NCBI GenBank assembly: GCA_965247485.1
Contig: OZ252017.1
Span: 1,018,173 to 1,082,172, forward strand
Length of the DNA: 64,000 nucleotides
DNA from: Dehalococcoidia bacterium
GTDB taxonomy: Bacteria > Chloroflexota > Dehalococcoidia > DSTF01 > WHTK01
Direction of reading: 5' to 3'
The translations under genes were made by a program, and so were the position numbers. Below the pieces are notes generated by a model. It saw nothing but the letters and a program-made list of their open reading frames with translations. It was not told where the DNA came from and ran no database searches. This document shows positions 10,615 through 20,078 of the stretch, piece by piece (the first letter of the stretch is position 1; each line of letters opens with the position of its first letter).

Positions 10615-10907
10615 AGAGCCCTCGATCCGTTTCGTTGATTTAGCGTGGTGCAAAGAGAGAGGCCGTCCGTCGACAGCCTCTCCAGGTAGACAAACAGCGC
10701 TAGAAAATGCTAGTCACCGGCGAACTTCAACCCGGTCTCCCTAAGATTGGCGCCGCCGGCATTTGATTTCAGGATCAAGCCGCACGGCACCCTCGCGCAC
10801 AAAGGTATGCCTGACTGTACAGCGCAACAGGTCTCCCAAAGGTTAACCGAAGAGCCAGGCTCTGGTAACACACTTTTCAAGGAATCAAAGCAGAATCAAG
10901 AGAAAGG

Positions 10908-10944
10908 AAACGGCCCTCCCGAGATGGGAGGGCCGTTTCTTTTG
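10908..10944 (-). terminator. rho-independent-type hairpin downstream of the 10983..12086 ORF
   Basis: AAACGGCCCTCCC-GAGAT-GGGAGGGCCGTTT forms a 13-bp stem with T/A-rich flanks on both strands. Confidence 0.5.
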
Positions 10945-10982
10945 CTATACCGATCCCGGTAAACCGGGAAACGTTTTCGCTA

Positions 10983-12086
10983 CTAGCGGAGACCAGCGTC
11001 TCCTGTGCTCGGATGGGTAATCCCGCCACCCGTTGATGGGGCGATGATTTCCGGCGCTGGCGCCGCCTCTGAGCAGGTCACTGTTACCTGGGTGCTGAAC
11101 GGAGGTCCGTAAACCGCGCCTTCCGGACCACCTGCACTGATGTGGCCACCAGTTGTCACCAAGACTTCGTAGTTGCCCACGTGGGTGTCACTGGTAATCA
11201 GGAACACTTCAGCGGTACCCGCGAAGGTCTCAACAACAGTGCTGGACAGCGGGGTCACAAGACCGAGAGCGCCCGCAACCGCGCCTGTGCCACCGAGCAC
11301 GCGGCCAAAGTTAGTAATAACTTCAACGCGGGTGTGGTCGGAGACGTTCTGGCCGATCGCGTCAACCACCGTGATGATGATCGTGGCCTTCTCACCACAA
11401 ATCAGACCATCTTCGGGGCTGGCAACAACCGTCAGGCCGTTAGCAACCGGCGGGCCAATAACGGTAACTACGGTCGAAATAACGATGTCAGAACCGCTCT
11501 TTTCGACGATCGCCGTTACTGTAGCCGGACCAGGGGTGGCCGTCATCGGGTCCGAGCAGTCAAGCAAAGCGCTGGCAGTCGTCTCGTCGGCGGCTGAGTC
11601 GTAAGTAGAATCGTCGTTGATCGAGTCCTTGCCGCTGTTGGCGGAAAAGCCACAGTTGTCAGTCAGGAAGAGAACTTCGTCGCCGGGAAAGGCGGCTGCG
11701 CCGTTGGAGTCTAGGATCACAACTTCGATCAAGCTCTCGTCCGTGTTATTAACCTGAGGGATAATTTCGACGGTGCTCGGTGTTGCCGAAATCGTCGCGG
11801 ACGCCGCGTTGCCACGGCAGTCGTACTCACGTGACAACGTGTCCTCATCGTCCATTTCATTCGTAAATGAGATGTCGAAGGTGCCAAGGTTGTCGCATAC
11901 GACAACTACGAGAACATAGAGGTCGATATCACTATCACAATCGACCAACTCCCTGTTGGTCGTACCAGCAGCGTCAACGTCAACGCCGACATCTGCGAGA
12001 TCCTCCAGCAGTGAATCCGCCGCCGCTCCACCACACAGGATAACCGGGCTCACAGCGTTAATTTCCTGGGTCGGTCCGACCGGCAC
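10983..12086 (-). CDS. secreted or surface protein body (Ig-like/Big-type repeats suspected), detached from its signal peptide by a frameshift
   Basis: 367-aa ORF rich in T/V/G/D beta-type sequence. A 40-codon ORF with a signal peptide (MPVAVVAAFLMLLGVVGGASA) lies at 12298-12176 in another frame. See the finding at 12087-12298. Confidence 0.5.
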   Translation of the reverse strand: MPVGPTQEINAVSPVILCGGAAADSLLEDLADVGVDVDAAGTTNRELVDCDSDIDLYVLVVVVCDNLGTFDISFTNEMDDEDTLSREYDCRGNAASATISATPSTVEIIPQVNNTDESLIEVVILDSNGAAAFPGDEVLFLTDNCGFSANSGKDSINDDSTYDSAADETTASALLDCSDPMTATPGPATVTAIVEKSGSDIVISTVVTVIGPPVANGLTVVASPEDGLICGEKATIIITVVDAIGQNVSDHTRVEVITNFGRVLGGTGAVAGALGLVTPLSSTVVETFAGTAEVFLITSDTHVGNYEVLVTTGGHISAGGPEGAVYGPPFSTQVTVTCSEAAPAPEIIAPSTGGGITHPSTGDAGLR

Positions 12087-12628
12087 AAGACCACTGGAGC
12101 TATTATTTTCGAGGACGGCAATGATGTCGGCGCTGCCGGTCTCACTGTTTACCTCAACCGTGTAGAGATCGCTACTTACAACAGTGGACCAACAATCCCG
12201 GCCGCCGGGACAATCGTTTGAATGTCATTGTGAGACGCACTAGCGCCACCGACTACTCCCAACAACATCAGGAAAGCGGCTACTACAGCCACTGGCATGA
12301 ATGCCTTCTTAATAAAATTCAAGGTTGCGTTTCCTCCTTGCTCATGCAAGCCAATTTTTGTGGGCCTTGGGCCCGTTTGTTTTCTTTATCTGCTCTCGGT
12401 CCCGGGTGTCCTTCAGGGGCTTTGCCCTCCGCGTCGCCCTCGGCCGAGAATCGCTGCTGCGACGCCGAGAACTGGGCCTTCTGCTGACCCTCCGGGTGTC
12501 TCTGGTGTCTCCTCCCTCCACGGCAAAATAGGACTGCCTGAGATTATCGCAAATACTTACGACCGGCTCTCGCTCTGCTAGGATGGCGGAGAACAATCCC
12601 CGCGACCAACCTCCCAAGGACCCCCGCC

Positions 12629-13609
12629 TTGACCTCGGAACCCCCCGTGCCTCCGGATGATAAGCCCAACCCGCCACCGGATCAGCGCCAGCCTGATTTG
12701 CCGTCCCAGCCTTCGAGAAACCTGCCATCACCGCCGCCATCCGCCACCCATGAATTTGACAGCCCGGCGCAAGAACCGGCTTTGATTCGTAACCCCTACG
12801 TTCTGGCCGGACTCGCGGTCACAATATCGATCATTCTGGCGATCCTGGTTGTAATAATCTTCGGCGGCGGTGGCGGCGACATCAGCAACGGGACGGTGAC
12901 AAACGAACCACTTGCCCCAAGCCCGGGCCGCGGTCTGGCAGCCCAGTCGATCGCCATCGCCACCGTACGTGAGGGGCCTGGCTCTGCCTACGTCGAAATC
13001 GGCTTGCTTCGCAACGGCCAAGACGTCGAAGTCGTCGGCCGCAACACTGATGGGTCCTGGTTTCAGATCTTCTATCCCTATCAGTCGCAGCTGCGCGGCT
13101 GGGTCCCTTCATCCGCACTCGGTGTCCCGGACACCAGCCTCGCTTCAATCCCGATCGCCGCGGTGACCCCAATCCCGCGGCCTACCGTGATTCAACCGAC
13201 CTTCGCCCCGGATCCGACTGAAACCGTGGTACCCACACCAACCGTCACCGGCACTGACGTGCCTGGACCAGACCTCGCCATCGGCGTCCTCAACAACAAC
13301 TGTCAGGCCGGAGTCCCTTTAGTGGTAACAATTGAAAATGTTGGCGAGGTTCCGGTAATCAACCGCCAGGTACGGATCACGGTTTCCACCATCAGCGGGC
13401 CCCAGGGCCTCTCGGACATCCTGATCCCATCCTTGAACCCGGGCGAAATCGTCAACATTCCGACTAATCAGCTCGTCGCACCGCCAAGGACCACTGCACA
13501 AATCGATCTGCTCGGCACACCATTTGACATAAATCCGGCAAACAACACCGTCGACTGTGTGGGTCTCGTGGAGCCAACCCACACCCCAGAGATCGAGCCT
13601 GGAGGTTAG
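12629..13609 (+). CDS. membrane-anchored protein with a bacterial SH3-like domain
   Basis: 326-aa ORF. It has a Pro-rich N-terminus, one TM helix (YVLAGLAVTISIILAILVVIIFGG), an SH3b-like block (ATVREGPGSAYVEIGLLRNGQDVEVVGRNTDGSWFQIFYP...GWVPSSAL) and a beta-rich C-terminus. The start codon (TTG 12629 or GTG 12647) is uncertain. Confidence 0.55.
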   Translation: MTSEPPVPPDDKPNPPPDQRQPDLPSQPSRNLPSPPPSATHEFDSPAQEPALIRNPYVLAGLAVTISIILAILVVIIFGGGGGDISNGTVTNEPLAPSPGRGLAAQSIAIATVREGPGSAYVEIGLLRNGQDVEVVGRNTDGSWFQIFYPYQSQLRGWVPSSALGVPDTSLASIPIAAVTPIPRPTVIQPTFAPDPTETVVPTPTVTGTDVPGPDLAIGVLNNNCQAGVPLVVTIENVGEVPVINRQVRITVSTISGPQGLSDILIPSLNPGEIVNIPTNQLVAPPRTTAQIDLLGTPFDINPANNTVDCVGLVEPTHTPEIEPGG

Positions 13610-13636
13610 CCACGCCGCAATGTTAGGCAGATCAGC

Positions 13637-14176
13637 ATGAGCACCACCGCCGAGCAACTCGGCAACGGCCTCGCAAGCGGACGTACCAGCCTGCTGGACG
13701 CAATCGCCGGCGTCACCGAAGAACAATTCAAACGACGTCCAGAGCCAGGTCCTCCGGAGCCAAGTCCTCAGGATCATCAAACCGGCTGGTCAATCGCCGA
13801 AATACTCGCCCACCTGCTGGCGTCCGAACGCCTGCGGGCGGAGCGCATCCGGCTAGCCCTTGAAGAAGACGGGCGCCTAATCACACCTTCAGACCCCGAT
13901 GCCCACTCTCAGCAAGCCAGGTCCGGCCGCTCTGCCCCGGTTCCACAGTTAATACACGGTATGGTCGCGGTGCGCCGCGAAGTCGAGGGTCTTCTGGCCC
14001 AGGCCAGCAGCATCGAAGGCGGCTTAGAAAGAACCATCACCCATCCAGTTCATGGCAGCCAGAGTGTTGCCTGGATGCTGGCCGAAAAAATCATCGCGCA
14101 TGAGGCCGAACATCTGATGCAGATTGAAGCGCTCAAAACTATTGCCGTTCCGGGGCCGCCCCAACCTGAATCTTGA
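13637..14176 (+). CDS. DinB-family (DinB_2-like) metal-dependent protein
   Basis: 179-aa ORF with WSIAEILAHLLASE and IIAHEAEHLMQIEAL. These are histidine-containing helices typical of the DinB superfamily. Confidence 0.6.
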   Translation: MSTTAEQLGNGLASGRTSLLDAIAGVTEEQFKRRPEPGPPEPSPQDHQTGWSIAEILAHLLASERLRAERIRLALEEDGRLITPSDPDAHSQQARSGRSAPVPQLIHGMVAVRREVEGLLAQASSIEGGLERTITHPVHGSQSVAWMLAEKIIAHEAEHLMQIEALKTIAVPGPPQPES

Positions 14177-14333
14177 CTGGGGGGGGATCTAGCCGCCATA
14201 ACACCCAGTTTTTCGGCTGGCCCCGCCCGGGTCCGTTTACTACCAATAAATAGAAACCCAATAGCAAAAAATCAGGCAGAAGGGCGTATGGTAGGACCAT
14301 GGCCGAGCGATTAATCAGCACCCTCAAACCGCG

Positions 14334-16271
14334 ATGAGTTCGGTCGATGAGGTTAAAGCGCGTTCAGACATTGTTGAGGTGATTGGGGGCTACGTGAGCC
14401 TGCAAAAGGCTGGCCGCTACTTCAAGGCCCCTTGCCCGTTTCATAACGAAAAAACGCCTTCATTCGTCGTTTATCCAGAGCGTCAGAGCTGGCACTGCTT
14501 CGGCGCCTGCGGTACAGGCGGCGATGTCATCTCCTTTGTCTCGCGCAAGGAAAACCTTGATTTTGTCTCGGCCCTTCGCTTGCTGGCTGACCGGGCCGGC
14601 GTCGAAATCCAAAGCAGCGGCCAAAGCCGCGAAAAGATTAAAACTCTGCACGACGCCAACGACGCCGCGGCCCTCTACTTTCACGGCCTCCTCCAAAACG
14701 CAACGGCAGCGAGAGCCTATATAGATGGAAGGGGCCTCGACAGCCGGGCAGTGAACGACTTTCAGATTGGTTTCGCCCCGTCAGGCTGGGATGGCCTCAA
14801 AAACCACCTGTCAGGCCGTGGTTATGCCGAATCCCAGCTTGTGGAGTCCGGCTTATTGATCGAGGGCGACCACAGGACCTATGACCGCTTTCGTCACCGG
14901 CTCATGTTCCCAATCCGTGATCAGCGCGGCAGAGTTGCAGGATTCGGCGGCCGCATCCTGCCAAATCAGGACGATCAGCCCCCTGACGAAGGCCCCAAGT
15001 ACATGAACACACCTCAAACGCCGATTTTTGATAAGGGCAGCATTCTCTACGGGCTCGATCGGGCTAAAGAATCTATCCGTAACGCCGGCACGACCGTGAT
15101 TGTTGAAGGATATATGGACGTAATCGCCGCCCACCAACACGGCTTTGGCAACGTCGTAGCCTCAATGGGAACGGCGCTAACCGATCGTCAAGCCACGACG
15201 ATCCAGCGCCTGGGGGATCGCATAATCCTGGCCATGGACGCCGATGAGGCCGGCAGCGCCGCCACCCTGCGCGGCGTACAAGTGGTCGCCGCAACATCCG
15301 CAACATCAGCGACGGCCGGAACCCAAGCCAAACGGGCACCGCTAGACCTGCGAGTTTTGGCGCTACCAGTGGGCAAGGATCCCGACGAGTTGATCCGCGC
15401 TGACCCTAAAGCCTGGGTGGCAGCCGTTGACTCGGCTCGGCCGGTTATCGATCATCTGCTAGCGGTCGTGGGGGAAGGCCTGGATCTGTCACAGCCGCGT
15501 GATCGCTCTCAGTTGGTCACCGAAGTCCTGCCAGTGATCACCGAGGTAACCGATCCGGTCTTGCAGGCCCACTACCTGCAGAGGCTCAGCCGTCTGGCGC
15601 GAACCGGCGAAGATGCTCTCCGAAGGCAGTTTCCCCGACCGGCGCGCCCAGCTCAGCGCCGTGCCTCCGCCATTCAGCCCGAAGACACCGCTAAAACTCC
15701 TGGCCAACCTGGGCGACAGCTAAGCGCCCCGCGAGAGGAATTTTGCCTTGCACTCCTCTTCCAGGTGCCCGAAATCGCAAACCTAACCGCGGACCTTACC
15801 GACTTCAATGAAGATTTGTTCAGCCTAAGCGAGAACCGCGAGCTGTTCCGCCGTTGGCAAAAAGGAGAGCCACCCACCGAGGAAACCGACCAAGACGACC
15901 CTTGGGTTCTAGAGCAGTACACGAAGGTTTTGGCAACACGAATCCCAGTGCGTGAAACAAGTCAAGCCGAGGAGGCGTTCTTAGATTGTGTGGCCCGCCT
16001 CCGAACGGCTAGAATGAAGTTTGCCAAGGAGGCCAGCGCCATGGCTCTTGCCGAAGGAGAAGCAGGAGCACAGTCAGGGCAAGTTGCATCGATCGCCCGG
16101 GCAAGGCTAGAAACAGGCGAAAGCAAGGAAGCAGATTTGGACATCCAGACCGACACTTTGGCGTCACAGCTCCTTCAAGACATGGAAGCCGGCCTGCGCT
16201 TCCACGGCCAGGTGACCGAAGGCTCATTCCTAGACTCAGCCAAACCAGACTCAAACCAAGATACTGATTAA
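14334..16271 (+). CDS. dnaG: DNA primase
   Basis: 645-aa ORF. It has an N-terminal zinc ribbon ([34 protein letters not shown]) and a TOPRIM region ([16 protein letters not shown]...LAMDADEAG). Confidence 0.95.
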   Translation: [645 protein letters not shown]

Positions 16272-16322
16272 CCGATCGTTCAACCGCTCTGCCGTGGCCC
16301 ATTCCTCGGCAAAACGGAAAAG

Positions 16323-17819
16323 GTGGCAAGTATGACCAACAGCCTTCAAAGCGGCACTTCCGGGGAGATGCTGGTCACAAGCGAGCCAGCCGCGGCTGAT
16401 GATTCTCTCCGTCGCGTGGCCGATCTAATTGAGAACCGCACCAGCGGCATCGGCACCGACATCTGGTCGGAACCGGACATCAAGCAATCGTCTGACGCCG
16501 AGGAAGAGCGTGCCGCTGCCAAGGCTGTGCCACTCGAGGAGCAGGAAGGCATCGATGACCCGGTCCGCATGTATTTGCGTGAGATCGGCAAGGTCTTTCT
16601 GCTTTCTGCCGCCGACGAAAAGCGCCTGGCCCGCCAAATGGAAGAAGGCCAGCACATCGAGGCGATCGAAGACTCCTGGAGCGCCGAGAACGGCTCCCAG
16701 CCCAGGCTTACTGAAATCGCCCTCATGTTGTTTGAGCAACTCGACCACTTGAAGCCCACCCTGGACTTGGCCGTCAAGCACTTGAATCTTCGACGAAAGA
16801 TGCCAATTGCCGAGCGCCTCGGCGACCCGGCGCTTCGCGCCTTGATCGACGCCGAGATGGATTTGGAATTCATGGAGGCAGTTGCCAAAGGGCGTGACAT
16901 TGAGCCTGAGGATGCAGCCAGGTCTATTGTCCGCCTGTCCATAGTCACCCACATTTTGGACCCGGACCTCGTCCTCGGCATGGTCGCCGCCACCAATGAG
17001 GAAGTTCTCCTTCCGCCCCGTTTCGAGGTTAAGGACGCTTTGGCCGTCTGTGACTCGGCGCTCCGGGATCACTTCCGGCGGATCAAGCTTGAGGGTCTCG
17101 CCGCCGAGAAGCGGCTGACCGAGGCAAACCTTCGCCTTGTCGTTTCGGTCGCCAAAAAGTACATCGGCCGCGGAATGTCGCTGCTGGACCTGATTCAGGA
17201 AGGCAACATCGGCCTGATTCGCGCCGTTGAAAAGTTCGACTACCGCAAGGGCTACAAATTCAGTACCTACGCCACCTGGTGGATCCGCCAGGCGATTACC
17301 CGGGCCATCGCCGACCAGGCGCGCACAATCCGCATCCCCGTCCACATGGTTGAGACAATCAACAAGCTCGTCCGCGTCAGCCGCCGCCTTGTACAGGAGT
17401 ACGGCCGTGAGCCCAGCAGCGAGGAAATTGGCCGCGGCATGGAGATAGCGCCGGAAAAGGTGCGAGAGATCATGAAGGTCTCCCAGGAGCCGGTTTCGCT
17501 GGAGACGCCGATCGGCGAGGAGGAGGACTCCCACCTCGGCGATTTCATTGAAGATCCGGTGGCATTGGCCCCAGCCGACGCCGCCGCTCACCAGCTGCTC
17601 AAGGAGCAGGTGACCGATGTCCTCTCCAGCCTGGCGCCGCGCGAGCGTAAGGTCCTGGAACTGCGCTTCGGACTCGAGGACGGCCGCAGTCGTACGTTGG
17701 AAGAGGTCGGGCGGGAGTTTCACGTTACCCGAGAACGCATTCGCCAAATCGAAGCCAAAGCACTACGCAAGCTTCGCCATCCCTCTCGTTCCAGGAAACT
17801 TCGGGACTACCTAGAGTAG
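16323..17819 (+). CDS. rpoD: RNA polymerase primary sigma factor (sigma-70)
   Basis: 498-aa ORF with region 2 ([49 protein letters not shown]) and region 4 ([30 protein letters not shown]). It follows dnaG. The start may be ATG 16332. Confidence 0.95.
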   Translation: MASMTNSLQSGTSGEMLVTSEPAAADDSLRRVADLIENRTSGIGTDIWSEPDIKQSSDAEEERAAAKAVPLEEQEGIDDPVRMYLREIGKVFLLSAADEKRLARQMEEGQHIEAIEDSWSAENGSQPRLTEIALMLFEQLDHLKPTLDLAVKHLNLRRKMPIAERLGDPALRALIDAEMDLEFMEAVAKGRDIEPEDAARSIVRLSIVTHILDPDLVLGMVAATNEEVLLPPRFEVKDALAVCDSALRDHFRRIKLEGLAAEKRLTEANLRLVVSVAKKYIGRGMSLLDLIQEGNIGLIRAVEKFDYRKGYKFSTYATWWIRQAITRAIADQARTIRIPVHMVETINKLVRVSRRLVQEYGREPSSEEIGRGMEIAPEKVREIMKVSQEPVSLETPIGEEEDSHLGDFIEDPVALAPADAAAHQLLKEQVTDVLSSLAPRERKVLELRFGLEDGRSRTLEEVGREFHVTRERIRQIEAKALRKLRHPSRSRKLRDYLE

Positions 17820-17853
17820 AATTCTCTGGCGCACCTGATTCGTCTGTGAACCC

Positions 17854-17885
17854 AACCGGCGGCCTTAATGGCCGCCGGTTTTTCT
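17854..17885 (+). terminator. rho-independent terminator after rpoD
   Basis: AACCGGCGGCC-TTAAT-GGCCGCCGGTT forms an 11-bp stem followed by TTTTTCT. Confidence 0.75.
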
Positions 17886-17951
17886 GACTGGTTTGGGCAC
17901 CGCTTGAAGCTCTAAGCTTTTGACGCCTAGACTAGTTGCCACCCCCTCCGC

Positions 17952-18040
17952 GCCGAAGTGGCGGAATAGGCAGACGCGACGGTCTCAAAAACCGTTGAGG
18001 CTAACACCTCGTGTGGGTTCGAGTCCCACCTTCGGCACCA
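17952..18040 (+). tRNA. tRNA-Leu (anticodon CAA), type II with long variable arm, CCA encoded
   Basis: Acceptor GCCGAAG/CTTCGGC. Anticodon arm ACGGT-CTCAAAA-ACCGT. Variable arm TGAGGCTAACACCTCGT. T arm GTGGG-TTCGAGT-CCCAC. 3' end ACCA. Confidence 0.9.
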
Positions 18041-18044
18041 AATT
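17984..18044 (+). repeat. attL core (3' 57 nt of tRNA-Leu plus 4 nt)
   Basis: CTCAAAAACCGTTGAGGCTAACACCTCGTGTGGGTTCGAGTCCCACCTTCGGCACCAAATT is identical to 52917-52977. Confidence 0.88.
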
Positions 18045-18096
18045 CGTATCTAAACGCGTACTCATGCCCCTTATTATAACCCATCGCTTCCGAGCC

Positions 18097-18116
18097 CTGC
18101 TACCAATTTGCTACCA
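18097..18116 (+). repeat. 20-bp repeat CTGCTACCAATTTGCTACCA (candidate integrase arm-type site, left)
   Basis: An identical 20-mer occurs at 52780-52799. It contains GCTACCA twice and overlaps the integrase stop codon. Confidence 0.5.
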
Positions 18117-19208
18117 CGAGCTTCCCTCAAGCAGCGCGTCGAATTTGGCAGCCGCTTGCTCATTTAGCTCAAGGCCTGGGATCAAATGGCTATAAATATC
18201 TGCGGTCACCTGGTAGCTGGCGTGGCCTAGACGCTCCTGAACGACCTTCATCGGCACGCCTGCCGCGAGTAGTAGAGATGCGTTGGTGTGGCGCAGGTCG
18301 TGAAACCGGGCTTTGGTACCTAATTGGCGGCGGATTTTCTGCCATGCGTTCGATGCCTGATAGACCGTCAGCGGCGAGCCGTCCGATCTGGCGAAGATGT
18401 AAGCCTTGTCGTCATACGCCGGTCCCATCTGCACCTTCTCTTGCATCTGGCTGTATCGGTGCTGCCGGAGAAGTTCAACCGCGGCAGCTGACAAAAGCAG
18501 AGCCCGTTCGCCTGCTTTGCTCTTCGAAGATGGGATCGAGATTAAGGAGCGGACGAAATCGACGTGATTCCATTGGAGCCGCAGGAGCTCGCCCTGACGC
18601 ATGCCGCTGTAGATAGCAAACCGGAGTAAGGCCCCATAGACATTGTCAGGCGCAGTGGTCAGGACTTCTTGGACCTGGTCGATACTCATGATTATGGGGT
18701 TGTATGCACCCGGTCGCGGGCTCGTCGCTCGTTCCGCCGGATTGTCCGGGCGAAGTTCCCACCGAACCGCGTGCTTTAGGGCTTCCGTGAGCGCTCGGTG
18801 GCAATTCAGGATGGTCTTTTCGGATAGGCCCTTTTCTCTCATCGTAGAGTAGACAGCCTGCACCTGGAGGGGCCGCAGCTTTGAGAGTTTCACTTTGCCT
18901 ATCCGGGGGTAAACGTGATTCTTCAGGAGCGCTTCGTAGCCGAGCCTGGTCGCCGGCTTTAATTGCTTCGCATATTCCTGAAGCCATCGTTGTAAAAACT
19001 GACTGACCGTGGCGCTATGTGGGCTCATGTCCACACCGGCATTGCGCTTAGAAAGTGCCTCGGTGCGTTCCGCTGACGCCTCAGCCTGGGTGTCGAATCC
19101 ACCGCGCCAAAGTTGCTTGGTGCGTCCGGTCGTGTCTGTAAACGTTATCTTGTATGACCACTTCTCGCCGCGCTTAAAGACGCCAGGAACACGGTTGCGG
19201 TTCGGCAT
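18111..19208 (-). CDS. int: tyrosine-type site-specific integrase
   Basis: A start at ATG 19208 gives MPNRNRVPGVFKRGEKWSYKITF... The catalytic region has RQGELLRLQW and HDLRHTNASLLLAAGVPMKVVQERLGHASYQVTADIYSHL (the R..HxxR..Y set). Confidence 0.9.
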   Translation of the reverse strand: MPNRNRVPGVFKRGEKWSYKITFTDTTGRTKQLWRGGFDTQAEASAERTEALSKRNAGVDMSPHSATVSQFLQRWLQEYAKQLKPATRLGYEALLKNHVYPRIGKVKLSKLRPLQVQAVYSTMREKGLSEKTILNCHRALTEALKHAVRWELRPDNPAERATSPRPGAYNPIIMSIDQVQEVLTTAPDNVYGALLRFAIYSGMRQGELLRLQWNHVDFVRSLISIPSSKSKAGERALLLSAAAVELLRQHRYSQMQEKVQMGPAYDDKAYIFARSDGSPLTVYQASNAWQKIRRQLGTKARFHDLRHTNASLLLAAGVPMKVVQERLGHASYQVTADIYSHLIPGLELNEQAAAKFDALLEGSSW

Positions 19209-19212
19209 AGGG

Positions 19213-19515
19213 TTACCTCTTCGCCACAATCCGGCGAGGTTTGGGCGTCCGCATGATACGCCGGCGGCGCGAGGCCTTGGAAGGGCCCACAGGTGGCAAC
19301 TCGCCACCCGAGCGTTGAAACAGCCAGAGAAGCAGAGGCCAATACGGGATGCGGATGGAGTTTCCAATTCGGGTATGAGGAATGCGGTCGGGGTCGCCGG
19401 CGTCGATATGGCAAAGGGATCGGATCGTTGACTGCGAGAGTTTGACGTACTCCGCGGCTTCTTTCACCGTGAGGATCGCATCCGGTGCGTAAGAAGGCGC
19501 TTCGCGGGTCGTCAT
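19213..19515 (-). CDS. xis: excisionase-family (MerR-like HTH) DNA-binding protein
   Basis: 100-aa product starting at ATG 19515, with LTVKEAAEYVKLSQSTIRSL...IPHTRIGNSIRIP. An ATGA overlap links it to the upstream ORF. It ends 4 nt before the integrase start. Confidence 0.7.
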   Translation of the reverse strand: MTTREAPSYAPDAILTVKEAAEYVKLSQSTIRSLCHIDAGDPDRIPHTRIGNSIRIPYWPLLLWLFQRSGGELPPVGPSKASRRRRIMRTPKPRRIVAKR

Positions 19516-20078
19516 GTGCCGAGCTCCCGGGCCCAGGCCGGCGCTCCGTCTCTGATGCGCGTTAGTGCGCCGTCGGCAATCTCGCCCAGGGCATCCCCCA
19601 TCGAGCAATCACAGGAGCCCAAGGTTTCGCTCGCGTGCAGGTCAGAGCTCTCGACTATCCCCTCCAGCGCCTTCAAAGCAACGGCGAGCTTTTGGATGTC
19701 GTCTAGGTGGATTTCTTCTGCCGCCAACGACTTCTCGTGGTAATCCGCAGCGATCTCTCTTTGCTCGTCCTGCTCTGACCGGGTCTGTAGCTCGTTCAGG
19801 TAGGGCAGCAACGAAACGGCTTCCATGTGGCGTTTGCCATCTGGCCCTACTACACACCCGCTTTCTGCAACCCACGACTGCTCCGCACTGACGTCGGGCT
19901 GCTGCTGCGGGTACAGGATTAAGTCACTCTCTACTGCATCGTCTTCGGCCTCGTTCCATCCCCTTATCCGGTAAGCGCCACATGGGCCACATAAGTCCAT
20001 CAGAAACTCACGCCCTCCCGCGCTGATTGCGGCGATTGGCAACCACTCGTGCTCGCAGGCCGCAGCGGGCTCAAGCAC
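19512..20078 (-). CDS. hypothetical phage protein (Cys/His cluster CEHEW...CGPCG); 5' end ambiguous
   Basis: The track ORF runs up to ATG 20489 (325 aa). GTG 20078 overlaps the stop of the 20071..20559 ORF (GTGCTTGA) and would give 188 aa. See the finding at 20071-20559. Confidence 0.4.
   Translation of the reverse strand: MLEPAAACEHEWLPIAAISAGGREFLMDLCGPCGAYRIRGWNEAEDDAVESDLILYPQQQPDVSAEQSWVAESGCVVGPDGKRHMEAVSLLPYLNELQTRSEQDEQREIAADYHEKSLAAEEIHLDDIQKLAVALKALEGIVESSDLHASETLGSCDCSMGDALGEIADGALTRIRDGAPAWARELGT

Noticed and set aside
12583-12660. ATG 12583 as the true start of the SH3-domain protein, joined to the 12629 frame through a frameshift in a C6 run.
   Set aside because: The ATG frame stops after 25 codons, and the product of the 12629 frame does not obviously need the extra residues. 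There is not enough evidence to claim another frameshift.
16346-17747. 216-aa and 440-aa minus-strand ORFs opposite rpoD.
   Set aside because: They are antisense to a clearly conserved sigma-70 gene. Their translations show no motifs and have shadow-frame composition.
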